Below are positions 8,292 to 18,360 of a DNA stretch of 27,121 nucleotides, piece after piece. Within the stretch, counting starts at the first letter, position 1, and the number at the start of each line of letters is the position of its first letter. The stretch lies in NCBI GenBank assembly GCA_018985225.1, contig JADGIF010000050.1, positions 1 through 27,121 of the forward strand. The letters are read 5' to 3'. The translations under genes were made by a program, and so were the position numbers. This DNA comes from Amoeboradix gromovi X-113 (lineage: Eukaryota > Fungi > Sanchytriomycota). The notes below the pieces were generated by a model, which saw only the letters and a list, made by a program, of their open reading frames with translations, made no database searches and was not told the DNA's origin.

Positions 8292-10393
8292 TTACTTGTA
8301 ATTCTTCAAAAGTTCCTCAGTGGTAAATCCGCTCTCAAATGCCATGCTGCTTATCGGAAGTTCTAATTCCATTACGAGTTCGTTAATAACTATTTTGGAA
8401 TTAATTAGTGTATTCACGTGTAATAATATCTGCTTAATTTCTTCATTTACCCGCTTGTTCATCAATTTAGAGTAACCTAAATCTATATTAAATTAATGTT
8501 ACCATATTTCTTAAACGTGTATTCGTTGGAATCAAGTGCTTTCACTAACTCGTCTTGATATACTTTCGATACACTATATAAGTTCAGCGCTTCCAACTCT
8601 TCTTTAAATTTCTTGCAACTTTTCAAATTCAACAATGCATCAAATATGGAATACCACAATACACACCAGTCCCTATCTGGTTTAAAATGCACATTGTACT
8701 CATATTGATACACTTTATAGTCTCTGTTGTCCACCAGCTGCAATGGTACTTGCTTTACCTGATAACGCAATCTGTCTAACATGTTGCGAACATTCGACTG
8801 ATCCGTTAGCATCAAATAACCCCTGATAGCCTCTGTCTGTGCGCAGTATCTGCTTAGACTGGTGTTTATTCTTCGGCTAAAATCATTGAACTCTATAACG
8901 TTTATGTATGACTCGTACAAATATGCCTGAGCTATCATTTCTGGCGTTTCTATCTTATTTGAGAGCGGTAGACTAGCACATTTAATGCTATGATTGATTG
9001 CTTCTTTGTACTCTCTAATCATAACTAATTTGTCCAGGATTATATGACTGAGCATATCTACTTGAATATTCTTAACATCTAATGAATCATAAAGCTCGAT
9101 GCAATACGAATTATTGAAATAAGCTAGCAACTCAATGGCCCACAATTTGAATAAAACGTTAAATTTGCGATGTTTTAGTCCCCATAACAAACAATGTAGA
9201 GCATCCAACTTGCTATTGTCAGTATTTTCATTAAGCAAGGAGTAGACAGTGATTAGCAGCAATTCATCCACGGGATTTGCTTCCTTGATTTCTTTTAATG
9301 GAAATGACTTTAAGAGATCGTTAAATATCGATATTGAGGTACAATTAATTGATTTTAAATAAAAATGAATTTGACACATATTGGTGTAATAGATGACATT
9401 CGATGGTGTTGTACATGTATCTACAGATACTAGCTGGTAGTTATTAAACAAATCTTTAGCTAGCCCAAGACTAACTATGTATTTGATATCCTTGAGGAGA
9501 GAAGGCTGATATTTGCAGAAATCAATAAATTCATAAATCACTTTAGAGCAATCTTTATTAGAAAGATGGTTCAAGTACATTTTAAATAGCAAAGTGTTTT
9601 TTTTTCCACAAACAGATTTGGTCTTAAACGTAACCGGGGTGCGCAGATGCTTGACTAATAGCTCTGCATACTCTTTTAGCAGCTCCCAGTTCTCCGTAAA
9701 ATCACGGGCTAAAACCATTTCAATGAATTCAAGTGCCTTCAAATGATCACCCAATGTCAAATAGGCGTTTATTACTTGTAAATCGGTGTCTAAAGTGCGC
9801 GACCTGTCAGCAAATTTTATGATTTCTTTTTGGAGGTTTAGTTTATTTAATGTCTCGCAATAAATATAATGTGCATGTGGATTACTAGTTATGTCTGGTA
9901 GTTTGTCAAAAGTTCGTTTGGAAAGTTCAAGCAACAAGGACTCATTTTGTAAATCTTCTTGAGATTGAAGGTAGAGAACAGTGCCAGTCCAGCTAACATA
10001 TCTAATTTTATCAGTAGATTTAAACAAGTGAGAACTGACTAGCCGCTGCTGTTTGTAATTACTAGATCTAATTAGAGCCATAAAATACTGGCATGCCAAC
10101 TCTTCACTTAACTTCCAACAATGCTCATAAAGCGCAGGTACAGACTCAGAATTGCCCTGAAGTCGAAGACATAACGAAAGCACTTTGAGCACATGGGGAT
10201 TTTTGGATTTTGAGGCCTCTAATTCTTTTATCAAAGTGATGGAAATTGGGTTGTCCATTTTAGTATAAGATAATGCCAGTAGAGCCTTGACCATAACATT
10301 GTCTTGATTTTTCAGGTATTTATTGCATTCCTTGATTGCTTTGTTAGGGTAATATTCAGCTAACTGTTGCAATTGTGCGATTTTGGGATCCAT
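8292..10393 (-). CDS. MDM20: NatB N-acetyltransferase auxiliary subunit NAA25/Mdm20; exons 10393-8503 and 8482-8292
   Basis: TPR-like N-terminus ('KAIKECNKYLK', 'EELACQYFMA', 'YKQQRLVSSHLFK') and 'YDSLDVKNIQVDMLSH' family motif. Removing a 20-nt intron extends the frame about 63 codons to TAA at 8292. Confidence 0.88.
8483..8502 (-). other. 20-nt spliceosomal intron GTAACATTAATTTAATATAG
   Basis: GT...AG; removal joins G|AT and opens a long downstream frame. Confidence 0.7.
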
Positions 10394-10506
10394 TAATGTT
10401 TTGCTGTTTTATCCTTGAGAAATTACCCAAGTACCATTTTGCTTCATCATTTTTTAGTTGAAGCCATGAACTTTACTGAATTAAAACATACAATGATTTA
10501 TTATTA

Positions 10507-11340
10507 TCAACTAGGCCTGCTAACGTAGTAGTTTTCTTTACTTTCATTTACCAATGTAGTATTTCTTGAATCTAATTGATCCATCGGCTTTTTAGATGGA
10601 GCAGTGTTCATTGGAACATACTCCCCTGGCAGCTTCGCTTTCGGCTTTCTTCTAAAATAGAAAATTGTTAAGAGTAAAATCAAGATGATTAGACCTGGCA
10701 GGAGTATGCTAAGCAACAGCAAATTCTGCAAACTCACAGAGTCATTAGCAATCGCAGAATTTGAAATTGGTGAACTATTTAAGCCAGCAATGCTAAACTT
10801 TTCCGTATCAACTGAAATGTTATTGAAAAAATCATTACCACAGGTTGATTCTAAATGCTCTTTCAGAACAGCTGTCGCAGACTTGTTACTACCTAATGAG
10901 TTACTGAATTCTTCGTATTTAATTTTATATAGGATTGATTGCTTCTCACACTCAGTGCATGGCAAATTAATGAATCCTTTTCCTAAATCTGAAAGCACTT
11001 GATTTTCATCATTATATCCCTTTGAAATCCAGTAATCAATTTCGGAGACATCGCAGATATCGTCTCCTATTGCATTGCAATCATTGTTCCATCTGTACAG
11101 GCAAACCCTCGATATTGTTCCTGCATCAGGGATCTTTGACATGCACTCATTAGCTGCTTCATATTGCTTGCCACAATCTGTTGCACATAATTTCTTAAAT
11201 ACATCTCTTCTACCAGGAAGATAATCCCCGGGCTCTTGTTCGTAATTGCATTTCTTATCGATGAGGCTGCTGCACTTTGCTGATATATTTGTGGAATTAC
11301 AGTATGGCATCTCAGCGCTCAGAACTACTAAAAGCAACAT
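10507..11340 (-). CDS. Cys-rich type I membrane protein (short signal peptide, TM near C-terminus, basic stop-transfer)
   Basis: MLLLVVLSA; many Cys; TM 'LLLLSILLPGLIILILLLTIFYF' followed by RRKPK. Confidence 0.75.
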   Translation of the reverse strand: MLLLVVLSAEMPYCNSTNISAKCSSLIDKKCNYEQEPGDYLPGRRDVFKKLCATDCGKQYEAANECMSKIPDAGTISRVCLYRWNNDCNAIGDDICDVSEIDYWISKGYNDENQVLSDLGKGFINLPCTECEKQSILYKIKYEEFSNSLGSNKSATAVLKEHLESTCGNDFFNNISVDTEKFSIAGLNSSPISNSAIANDSVSLQNLLLLSILLPGLIILILLLTIFYFRRKPKAKLPGEYVPMNTAPSKKPMDQLDSRNTTLVNESKENYYVSRPS

Positions 11341-11534
11341 AACCTTGTTTTATCCTCATATATTTGTACCCCGGACGAAACCATGATAAGTCTAGCATCG
11401 ATAAAGACAGAGGCCTAAAAGCTATTAACACCTAAAATTTGTAGTGGCTTATGGTGGCACTTGTTGCAAATAGTCCAGGCCTCAGCTTTTATATTTGGTG
11501 TCTCGTTTTCGAGTTGATTTTAATTTTCAAAACA

Positions 11535-12905
11535 ATGATTATAGCCATGGTAAGTGACTTCTTCTTTCCAAAAATAGGTGGAGTCGAGAGCCATATCATA
11601 CACCTGAGTCATCAACTGATTAGACTGGGGCACACTATAATAGTTATTACTCATCATTATCCTGGCTATGTTGGTATTCATTACATCGGTTGCCTTAAAG
11701 TTTATTACCTTCCTTTACCCATAGTATATGAGGGCTGTACATTTCCTACAATCTTATGCAATACGACAATTCTTGGCAAAATCTTTTATGAAGAAGATGT
11801 GGACTTAGTACATGGTCATCAATCCTCTAGTGCATTAGCACTGGAAGCATGTATTCACGCTAGCTTGATGGGTATAAAATCTACATTTACAGATCATTCG
11901 CTCTTTTCGTTTAAATTGAATGGTCCAATTTTCTTAAACAAATGTTGCAAATTTGCTTTGCGATCCACACAGGCCTTCTTTTGTGTGTCTCAAGTAAGTA
12001 GTACTAATCTATGTCTAAGGAGTTGGATACCAAAGGACAAGTGTTATGTTATACCCAACGCAATCGTAAATAAAGATTTTACTCCAGATGTACAAAAATG
12101 TACGGTCAACGATATAATTACAATAGTTGTAGTATCCAGATTAGTGTATAGGAAAGGAACAGATCTGTTAATAAAAGTCATTCCAATAATTTGTCAATCT
12201 TTTAAAAATGTTCATTTTCTAATCGCTGGCGAAGGTGAAAAACAGATTGAATTAGAACAAATGATTGACCAGTATCTGCTGTTTGATAGAGTTACTTTAT
12301 TAGGTGGCATTGCATTAGGTAAGGTAAGAAATGTACTGGTGCAAGGCTCAATATTCCTTAACACCAGTTTGACAGAAGCGTTTTGCATTGCTATTTTAGA
12401 GGCAGCTAGCTGCGGGCTATTAGTAGTTTCCACTAATGTGGGTGGAATACCTGAAGTGCTGCCAAGTGATATGGTGAGGCTGTCTGATCCAAACAGTAAG
12501 TCTTTGATCTATCATCTGGAGCTTGCAATAAAAGATGTTCTAACCCATCGCCAAACAAAAAAACTAAACTGCTTTCCTGAATTTCATGATAGGCTTTGCA
12601 AGATATATTCATGGGAAGATGTGGCCATTCAAACAGCTGCAGTTTATCAATCATTGCCGGAACCGCTATCCTTGAATGAAATGATTGATGGACACACAAA
12701 CAAATCCATATTCTCTATAGTGTCACTATTGACATTAGTCGGCTCTTGGATGTTTACTCAACTATTTATGGCATTTTTAGATAAAAAGAAAACCGTTGTG
12801 AAGCATTTGAAATATGAAAACAACGAGTTCTATTTTGACTGCTATATCAAGCACAATGGCTATTACAGTCAAATTTTGGAAGTCAAGACAGGGGACAATG
12901 TTTAG
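11535..12905 (+). CDS. GPI3: Phosphatidylinositol N-acetylglucosaminyltransferase subunit A (PIG-A/Gpi3/Spt14, GT4)
   Basis: 'IAMVSDFFFPKIGGVESHI', 'FTDHSLF', 'SRLVYRKG', 'FLNTSLTEAFCIAILEAASCGL...VGGIPEVLP', C-terminal TM. Likely start ATG 11535. Confidence 0.96.
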   Translation: MIIAMVSDFFFPKIGGVESHIIHLSHQLIRLGHTIIVITHHYPGYVGIHYIGCLKVYYLPLPIVYEGCTFPTILCNTTILGKIFYEEDVDLVHGHQSSSALALEACIHASLMGIKSTFTDHSLFSFKLNGPIFLNKCCKFALRSTQAFFCVSQVSSTNLCLRSWIPKDKCYVIPNAIVNKDFTPDVQKCTVNDIITIVVVSRLVYRKGTDLLIKVIPIICQSFKNVHFLIAGEGEKQIELEQMIDQYLLFDRVTLLGGIALGKVRNVLVQGSIFLNTSLTEAFCIAILEAASCGLLVVSTNVGGIPEVLPSDMVRLSDPNSKSLIYHLELAIKDVLTHRQTKKLNCFPEFHDRLCKIYSWEDVAIQTAAVYQSLPEPLSLNEMIDGHTNKSIFSIVSLLTLVGSWMFTQLFMAFLDKKKTVVKHLKYENNEFYFDCYIKHNGYYSQILEVKTGDNV

Positions 12906-13304
12906 TAAAGAACATATTTCCATTTTTGTTATTCTTGTTGCAGAAACTTTTGGATCTCTTTGTAAAAATTAGACTTAATCTGAAAAATTGATTTCTCGGA
13001 AATGTCAATCAAGGAAAAATCCGATCCTCTGTAAAACTAGACGTCCAACTAAGATACAAAAAAATGATGATTTTGGCTTTATAATTTATTAATCATTAAC
13101 GTCCGGGAAACGGTGTGGTAAGACAAATAATTTGAATGATTTGAATAAAAATGTTTAAAATTTTACACTAAAAATTGAGTATCAACTTTAATGAAACAAG
13201 ACATCAACATCTTAGTACACAATACTAAGCAAATAAAGCAAGCTGTATCAGTTTTTTATAAGTCACAATATCATTCTTTTAAATGTGTGTTAACCGGAGC
13301 AAAT

Positions 13305-13813
13305 GTGACACCAAATATAAAAACTAGACTAACTCGTTTTTAAAGGTGCACCATACGGAGGAAATGCTATCATCAATAAAAGATCTTCTATTATACCAAT
13401 TTTCTTTCATTACTTTCAATCCTCTTTTCAAAATAAAACTATAAGACCCTGCATCTCGTTCAAATATATGAGGTCTTTGAGCATCTAAGCAAAATGTGCA
13501 TTTTCCTAGACGGTACTCTTTCTTCATTTCATTTAATGTTATACTAACATCATTACTCTTATCTATTCTAGTTTTTTCAGAGTAATAGTGATATTCTATT
13601 TGAAATAAAGATTGGATGAAAGAGTTAGAGAATAGCTGTACAGAATATTTTTTCAAATTTCGATACAAAAAGTTATTTATTTTCCTTCTATACTCGTCAA
13701 CTTCGCAACTAGCTGAATGTCCACTCGCCTCTTAAATCCATAAAATTAATAAAGCTGAAATAATGTTCCAAGTTGTTACAGAAAGTTAGTCTGGTTTTTA
13801 TATTTGATGTCCC
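13305..13813. mobile_element. 509-bp Sola2-like MITE
   Basis: TIRs GTGACACCAAATATAAAAACTAGACTAACT / AGTTAGTCTGGTTTTTATATTTGATGTCCC; flanks AAAT and ATAT; homologous to 1-491 and 15117-15377. Confidence 0.88.
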
Positions 13814-13948
13814 ATATGGATTTAATGTAGTTTAAACTTTCGCTCACATTATAATCGATAAAAAACCACACAGTGTGCAATTTCCCTCCTCAAAAACCAT
13901 TTGAGACTAATGACGCCTACATAATAATGTGACCTAACCCCGAAAGTT

Positions 13949-14500
13949 ATGATTGGACTACTTAAAAGTTTTACAGACATGATCCTCTTATTTGCAGCTG
14001 CAATTTGTGAATTTCTTGTCCATAAAAGAATTTCGGACTTTAAAGTTGAAAGCGTCAGCTTTACAGGAATGTGCCAAAATAAAAACACAAAATATGTCGT
14101 TTTCAAATGTTATTCAAACGAGTACACAACAGTTTGTCCTAATCCATTAGGTCCTTCTTCCTTTAGTGATGATACTGCATTCATTGATTATCATAGGGAA
14201 TCTGCAATAAGTTACTGTATGGAAGTATCCAGTTTTGTCAAACCCAATTTCTGGCGGTGCAAAAGGGCTCCACATTATTTAGTTTCTTTACTACTTACAG
14301 TTAAAGACATACCGACTTGCGCTGAAGTGTCTGTGAAATCCTGTCGCAGAGTGCATTTCGGTAAGGACGAAACTCGTTTTATAGATTCTGATAAACAAAC
14401 AGCATTGTTAGCACTAGTTAATTTTTTTTCAATTTTGTTAAAAACTTTAACGCAAAACCGAGCTGATTTTGCCATATGTAATTTCGATAGATATCATTAG
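13949..14500 (+). CDS. Hypothetical Cys-rich protein, possible signal peptide from the second Met (MILLFAAAIC)
   Basis: 183-codon ORF between two MITEs; family not recognised. Confidence 0.45.
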   Translation: MIGLLKSFTDMILLFAAAICEFLVHKRISDFKVESVSFTGMCQNKNTKYVVFKCYSNEYTTVCPNPLGPSSFSDDTAFIDYHRESAISYCMEVSSFVKPNFWRCKRAPHYLVSLLLTVKDIPTCAEVSVKSCRRVHFGKDETRFIDSDKQTALLALVNFFSILLKTLTQNRADFAICNFDRYH

Positions 14501-15021
14501 GTAGTGAAGAACATTACTTGAAATATATGCACCCATTGAATCCTGTCTCACTGTAGTGTTAGCGTGAGCAGCCATTGCGACGGTGAGACTTTCAGTTTTT
14601 CTGTGAGATTTATTATTTTTCTTGCAGATCGAATTAGCTAAAAGATTGAAAAGCACTGCGACAGGTGAAATACCATTGAAATAACTTGAACGCAAAGAAA
14701 CAAGATATAATAAAGTGGTAGAACCATTGAATCTTGCTAAGATAGAATAAACAATAATTCCAAGTCTCCTGTAGTTGATTCCTTAGCAATGCTGATATAT
14801 TGAAGTAGTAAAGAATTACATTAAGATTAAGAAAGAAAAAAGGTATCATAATAAATAGTTTTTTTTAAACTTATCATTAAATTACTGTTATAGGCGAACT
14901 GAATTAACAACTTTACTTGACATTTACGGATCGCATAGCTAAGTCTATTCGATTCTGAACTGAGTTGATAGCGAATAGGTGGACTCATCCTCATTTCTGG
15001 AACAATCCGTTTCATTTTCAT
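14447..15021 (-). pseudogene. Fragmented hydrophobic (multi-TM-like) ORF remnants
   Basis: Three consecutive overlapping short ORFs in different frames, with hydrophobic segments. Confidence 0.3.
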
Positions 15022-15116
15022 GCCTTTGAGGAATTGGCAATTAAAACTATCATAAGATTTGAATCCTTTTCATTGAAGAAAGAAAGCTCCATCTCTTTGT
15101 TACAAAATATCCAAAT

Positions 15117-15377
15117 GGGAAATCAAATATAAAAACTGGACTAACTTTCTGTAACAACTTGGAACATTACTTCAGCTTTATTAATTTTATGGATTTAAGA
15201 GGCGAGTGGACATTCAGCTAGTTGCGGAGTTTAAAAGTAAAATAAATAACTTTTTGTATCGAAATTTCCAAACATAAATATTCTGTGCAGATAGAAGATC
15301 TTTTATTAATGATAGCATTTCCTCCGTATGGAGCACCTTTAAAAACGAGTTAGTCTAGTTTTTATATTTGGTGCCCC
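15117..15377. mobile_element. 261-bp Sola2-like MITE; inverted, internally deleted version of 13305-13813
   Basis: TIRs GGGAAATCAAATATAAAAACTGGACTAACT / AGTTAGTCTAGTTTTTATATTTGGTGCCCC; both internal arms match the reverse complement of the 13.3-kb copy; flanks AAAT and ATAT. Confidence 0.88.
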
Positions 15378-15543
15378 ATATGTACGATGTTGAGAAATTC
15401 TGAATAAGCTCAATAGAAGAGATTTTACGGTAACGACTTCTCTGCCAAGTACACATGGTAGTTTGAGAGATTTGAACTTTATTAGAACTACTTAAGCTAC
15501 TTGTTTCAAAGCGGCTTGTGCTTTTGTATGACTCCTTAATACA

Positions 15544-15762
15544 ATGGAATCATTGGACCCAAAATGCACTCCAATTAAGAAAGAATATGACCAATGCTTT
15601 CAGTCATGGCATCAAGAGTTTATCAAAAACCCATCCAAATTTAAGAATCATCAGCCTTGTAGGGATTTATTTACAAAATACCAAGATTGTCTAAAAAATG
15701 TCATCTCTCCTCTGGAAAGTGATATTAATCAAGCCAGAGACCATTTAAAGAGTTTTAAATGA
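15544..15762 (+). CDS. MDM35: Mdm35/TRIAP1 mitochondrial intermembrane-space protein
   Basis: 'MESLDPKCTPIKKEYDQCFQSW...C..LF.KYQDCL' Cx9C/Cx10C motif. Confidence 0.92.
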   Translation: MESLDPKCTPIKKEYDQCFQSWHQEFIKNPSKFKNHQPCRDLFTKYQDCLKNVISPLESDINQARDHLKSFK

Positions 15763-16360
15763 GACTATTTATTGCAAGTAAAATATTTATACTCACAACT
15801 GCAAACGATGAGGATGCTGCTGTTAGTGGTTGAAATTGATCACTATAATTATTATATTCACTGAGATCCTCAGTTTCGGTGCTCGTAGGTACTGGTGCAC
15901 TTTCTTCTGAGTGACTTTTACTCTCATCTGATAATCCATTGCTAGCGGAATTGCCACTAGTGGTAATTTTACTGCTTTTTCTCGATCCTTCAGAATCTCC
16001 AGTGTGGGTATCTTTTGAACTTGAAATGTTTATAGTACTAGTAGGCCACCTGTCTATAGTTGAGCTAGCTGGTATGTTGCTTGAAATATTTGAAGATTTC
16101 GTTTTCAGAGAATCCAAGGCATTCATTACTATCTCTTGATCTTTGCTTGGAAACTTTGATATAGCTTCCTTAACAATTGGGTAATCTGCATATTTTGCTG
16201 TCTTTTCTGGGTCCCCAATAATCTTTGCAATCTCTGGGTTTTGCATTAATTTCGCAATTTGTGGATTTCTCATAACTTGTTGTAAATTTGGAGGCAATCC
16301 CCCAAGTACGGACTGAACTGGTGCACTGTTTAGAATGGAGGATATGTCGAGTGCGGTCAT
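15755..16360 (-). CDS. Ser/Thr-rich protein with STI1-like (NP-repeat) N-terminus and hydrophobic C-terminus (GPI-signal or tail-anchor like)
   Basis: 'MRNPQIAKLMQNPEIAKIIGDP', S/T-rich linker, C-terminal 'AASSSFAVVSINILLAINSLI'. No clear signal peptide in the ORF. Confidence 0.65.
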   Translation of the reverse strand: MTALDISSILNSAPVQSVLGGLPPNLQQVMRNPQIAKLMQNPEIAKIIGDPEKTAKYADYPIVKEAISKFPSKDQEIVMNALDSLKTKSSNISSNIPASSTIDRWPTSTINISSSKDTHTGDSEGSRKSSKITTSGNSASNGLSDESKSHSEESAPVPTSTETEDLSEYNNYSDQFQPLTAASSSFAVVSINILLAINSLI

Positions 16361-16649
16361 TTTTGAAATGGAGCTGTTTTCCTTTTCAAATGACTTTTAG
16401 ACCCTTGAGCCAATCACTGACGATCTGTCATGCTTGCTCTTATTTGATTTGACAACTTAGATGCATTGACTTCTTGGCCGCTCGCACGCTGTGTTTCTTG
16501 GCTTGTTTTAATTGAGAGGACAAGAAGTTTTCTTTAGATTCTGTGTGCAAAAATAAACTTAATCTCAGTCGAATGAATTCATGACCAATAATCATAAGTA
16601 AAAGATTTGCTCTTCAGCACTAAATACAGCACTTCATAGATAAGTATGT

Positions 16650-17201
16650 TTATTCTCTTTTGATTGCTATGATCAAATTTTTGGCTTTCTTAATAGTTAC
16701 GACAGGATAGACTTGCTTGATCAGCTCAACGTAACATGAGGTAAGTTTGTTTTCTTGATGTCTTTTGTTTTCAGTATATGAAATACCAGTTTGATCGCCT
16801 TCGAATATTTTGAAATATGCACATTTGCCTGGTTTTAGCATCTCGTAGCTCAATTTAACATGCTTTAGTCTGTTTTCACTAGTATCTATTACATTTAACA
16901 CAGAGATAGAGGTAACAGAATCATATGGACCACTGCTTAATACTCGTACATTATGTTCAACGCTTCTACAAAATAAATCTGCAACATGATTATAGATGTT
17001 CTGTGAGTTTAAATATTCAGTGGAATCATCATACTGGCCGCCTCCCAAGTCTAGATTTCTGCTATTCTTTGCAAAGTACTCAATAATGTCTTTGAACGCT
17101 GCTACACCTTCTGTGATGTCATTTGGATCTGGTGTTGAATTTGTCATGGAAACATCATACTGATCAGTAAAGAACAGTTGGCGAATGGCATCATTTGACA
17201 T
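16650..17201 (-). CDS. Class I SAM-dependent methyltransferase, prokaryote/phage-like
   Basis: Motif I 'NLDLGGGQYD', 'YDSVTSISVLNVI', 'LKPGKCAYFKIFEGDQTG', 'HQENK'; intronless and intact. Confidence 0.8.
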   Translation of the reverse strand: MSNDAIRQLFFTDQYDVSMTNSTPDPNDITEGVAAFKDIIEYFAKNSRNLDLGGGQYDDSTEYLNSQNIYNHVADLFCRSVEHNVRVLSSGPYDSVTSISVLNVIDTSENRLKHVKLSYEMLKPGKCAYFKIFEGDQTGISYTENKRHQENKLTSCYVELIKQVYPVVTIKKAKNLIIAIKRE

Positions 17202-17242
17202 TTAAAAAGTTTACAGCAGACGAGACGAACTCCTTTAGTCGC

Positions 17243-17370
17243 AAGTTGTATGCACCCAATTCAACCAAGTCTCAGGGTATTAGAGCACAAGGAACCGCTG
17301 TAATGGTGCGACTATCTACACCAGTTTCTTTGCTGAAATTTTTGTTTGTCTCATAAATCAGGACTTTTAG
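17243..17370 (+). ncRNA. Stand-alone Fanzor omegaRNA-like scaffold / IS607 right end
   Basis: Colinear with the reverse complement of 26712-26837: CTCAGGGTA, CTGTAA.GG, AGTTTCT.TG..GAAATT and an identical 15-mer AAATCAGGACTTTTA, after which similarity stops. Confidence 0.7.
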
Positions 17371-17401
17371 TAAATAGTCTTTAGAATACATTTAAACTTA
17401 T

Positions 17402-18360
17402 TTATTCCAAGTCTTGGATCTGTCTAATCAAGTATGCTTTCTCATCAACAAATTGCTCATCTTCCGTTCTATCATTGTGGAAGTTGCTCAGAAACAAAAG
17501 CAACTTGTCCTTGTTCTTCAGCAAAATCTCTTTAACTTGTTCTGTTTTATTTGGGTTTGCAACAAATATCTACATAAATTAGTAACTACTTTAAACACGT
17601 GAAATGCTTCGTATTGAATGTTCTTTGACTTGTCTCGCAATAAATTCATAAGCAATTTAAGATTGTCCACGTTTGCAATGTATTTCATCATTATTGAATA
17701 GTTTTGCTTATCCAAGAGCAATTCTCCAAGTAGCTTGAGTGATTGTCTTTTAGTTACGTAGTTTTGGCTATTCAACAACGAGGTATACCTTTCAAAGAAA
17801 TAATCATAATTTCGTTCCAAATACTCATCCACAGGGTGCTTAGTTAGCAGCTCTTTAAATGTTGCAAATGCATCACTACTGATGTCAAAAGTAGGTAGTT
17901 CAACCAACTGAAAGAACTGGTCTAATAGGGATTTGTTTTCCAAAATAATTGAGGCTAAACCTTGATAACGAATGCATTCCCTCAAAAGCATTCCGCAATT
18001 TAAAGCAACGTCAGCATTACCGTAATTGCCAATCCAGTATGATAAAAGCTGTGGTTGTTTGGATTCCCTATCCACGAGATAATCAGTAAGCGTATTTGCA
18101 TGTTTGCGCATCAACATGCTAATCAGGTACACAAGATCTTTTTTGGCTTCGAACTCGAAGAAATTCATATGTAAAAGCGTCAGATATAATGTGTCACTAG
18201 CAATTAGCTCTTGTAAAACTTGTAAGAGCTGCTCATCTTCACTAGATTTTAATTGATTTAGGATCTTGTTGGATTCCTCAAATTTAGAGTTAGTGATAGA
18301 TTCTCTCAAAGCTTTAACCGACTCCTGTGGAGTTTTTAACTTTGTCTTGAAGAAATTCAT
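17402..18360 (-). CDS. HYM1: Mo25/CAB39/Hym1 kinase scaffold; exons 18360-17590 and 17569-17402
   Basis: '[18 protein letters not shown]', '[18 protein letters not shown]', 'EAFHVFK|IFVANPNK...[15 protein letters not shown]' after removing a 20-nt intron. Confidence 0.96.
17570..17589 (-). other. 20-nt spliceosomal intron GTAGTTACTAATTTATGTAG
   Basis: GT-AG with ACTAAT branch-like motif; removal restores the conserved Mo25 HVFK-(V/I)FVANP. Confidence 0.92.

Noticed and set aside
13324-13668. 114-aa ORF
   Set aside because: TTG start and entirely within a MITE; at most a remnant of the parent element's gene.
17205-17370. snRNA (Sm-like AAATTTTTG) or TPP/SAM riboswitch upstream of the methyltransferase
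   Set aside because: Lacks U1/U2/U4/U5 or riboswitch core motifs; better explained by homology to the Fanzor right end.
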